Shown here piece after piece: positions 62,699 through 64,000 of a stretch of 64,000 nt of DNA (within the stretch, counting starts at the first letter, position 1; each line of letters begins with the position of its first letter). Origin of the DNA: Oopsacas minuta (taxonomy: Eukaryota > Animalia > Porifera); contig JAKMXF010000044.1 in the NCBI GenBank assembly GCA_024704765.1, positions 186,001-250,000 on the forward strand, given 5' to 3'. Made by a program: the position numbers and the translations under genes. The notes beneath the pieces were generated by a model that was given only the letters and a program-made list of their open reading frames with translations, was not told where the DNA came from and did no database searches.

Positions 62699-64000
62699 TA
62701 TTCGCCTCTGTCATTAAATAATACTGCCAAGCGCTAAAACATTGACAAGATTGTTCAAAAATAGGTTGAAAAGCACTCTTATTTGTACTTTACAGGTATG
62801 AAATAAGTATAATTCTTGAAAACTCGCATGAAGGTTTGTATGAATATAGAAACCCTTGACCAGTATTTGGGGGAGCGACAGAAATTTAGTGAGCACGCGC
62901 CCAGGGTCAGTACTCACTAAATTTTGTCTCCTGCCCACACTGTCGATGCTACTGCGTGTAGGTATGAGGCGCAAGGAGGGAGGGGTGACGTTTCGGTTTA
63001 GGGCCGGCATGTCCTCCTCAATCTGAATCTACATCTTAGACAGCAGTTAGTCCAACTTCTCTAGGGATTTCCCAAGCATTCGCCTCACTTGGATTGCCCT
63101 CTACAACATCTCAAGAACAAGATTCTCTTCGAGTTGATAAATGCATGGGACGCCCTCGAAGCATTGTTCTATGGAAATAATACATACAACTTGTACATCT
63201 CCTACGATGTGGAATAACCGAGCAGGTCTCCACGTAAATTTAAGATTTCAACTAATTTTTTACTGTAATAGTCATAAACACAACAAATAAATTTACATAT
63301 GAGAAATTTGAAATTGCCAAAATCAGTTTCAGCCTACTTTGTTACCCCATGGCAGCTGATAATAGCAGGTCTCTACGTATATTTACGATTTCAACTATTA
63401 TTTACTTCATATTCATGAAGATATTAATAAATTTGCATATACCTCTAATATAATAATGAAGCAGGTCCGTAGCCACTGGTCAGGTTTTAACCTGATCACT
63501 TTTGGTTATTAAATTTCCCAAATATGGCAATCACTCAATCAGGTTGGTTAGTTTAACCTCACCAATCAGTCAGGTTGGTGAAGTCAACCTCGCTCTTATA
63601 TTTTGGTGCTTACGGCCTGAGAAGTGTAACTTACCAACAAAGCGGCCATTTCTAATTTCTAAAATCTAGACAATTCTATCCAAAAAAACTGATCTAAATA
63701 ATTTTTGGGAGGCTGCTGGACCTATTAGGGGAGCATATTACCACCCGACCACCCCCAGTAGAAATCTTCGAATTAGTTATGAATGCACGGTAATAGTAGC
63801 GGGTGCGCCAGGTACTTTTAAATACCTCAAATTTTTCAGTATTGAGTTAAGATATTTTGATATGTTTTCTATTTTAGAAATTTCGAGTCTATGAAACTTA
63901 TCATATCAATTTTACGATATATCGTATCCCATCGGAGATTTTTAACCGATATCCATATTTTCCAAACCCTTGGTAATTTTGTTGTTTGTTTACTTATGTT

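Noticed and set aside
1-64000. tRNA, rRNA, snRNA genes and the remaining 60-100 aa ORFs in the track
   Set aside because: No cloverleaf or rRNA signature was seen by eye. The remaining short ORFs are compositionally biased, mostly non-ATG or antisense to TE relics. tRNAscan-SE and Infernal were not run.

Overview
This is AT-rich eukaryotic (animal-like) nuclear DNA, almost entirely made of decayed and nested DNA transposons. Only two host genes are convincing, and both are single uninterrupted ORFs: an eIF4G on the minus strand (23826-26810) and a testin/prickle-family PET+3xLIM gene on the plus strand (about 55685-56887). Recognisable mobile-element relics are: hAT (4 coding relics, two with perfect 8-bp TSDs), mariner (3), Tc1 (1), a Transib/RAG1-like element with CACAGTG termini inserted into a hAT, a MULE transposase ending in a RING finger, a Kolobok-like transposase ending in a PHD finger (split by a hAT), a P-element transposase, a probable Sola2-like transposase, a tyrosine-recombinase (Crypton-like) ORF, Helitron/Helentron-like repeats, many MITEs and a recurrent family of long foldback palindromes. 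I found no reverse transcriptase, rRNA, tRNA or CRISPR. The intronless genes and transposase types suggest an intron-poor early-branching animal such as a glass sponge, but this is an unverified guess. All family calls come from manual motif recognition; no database search was run.
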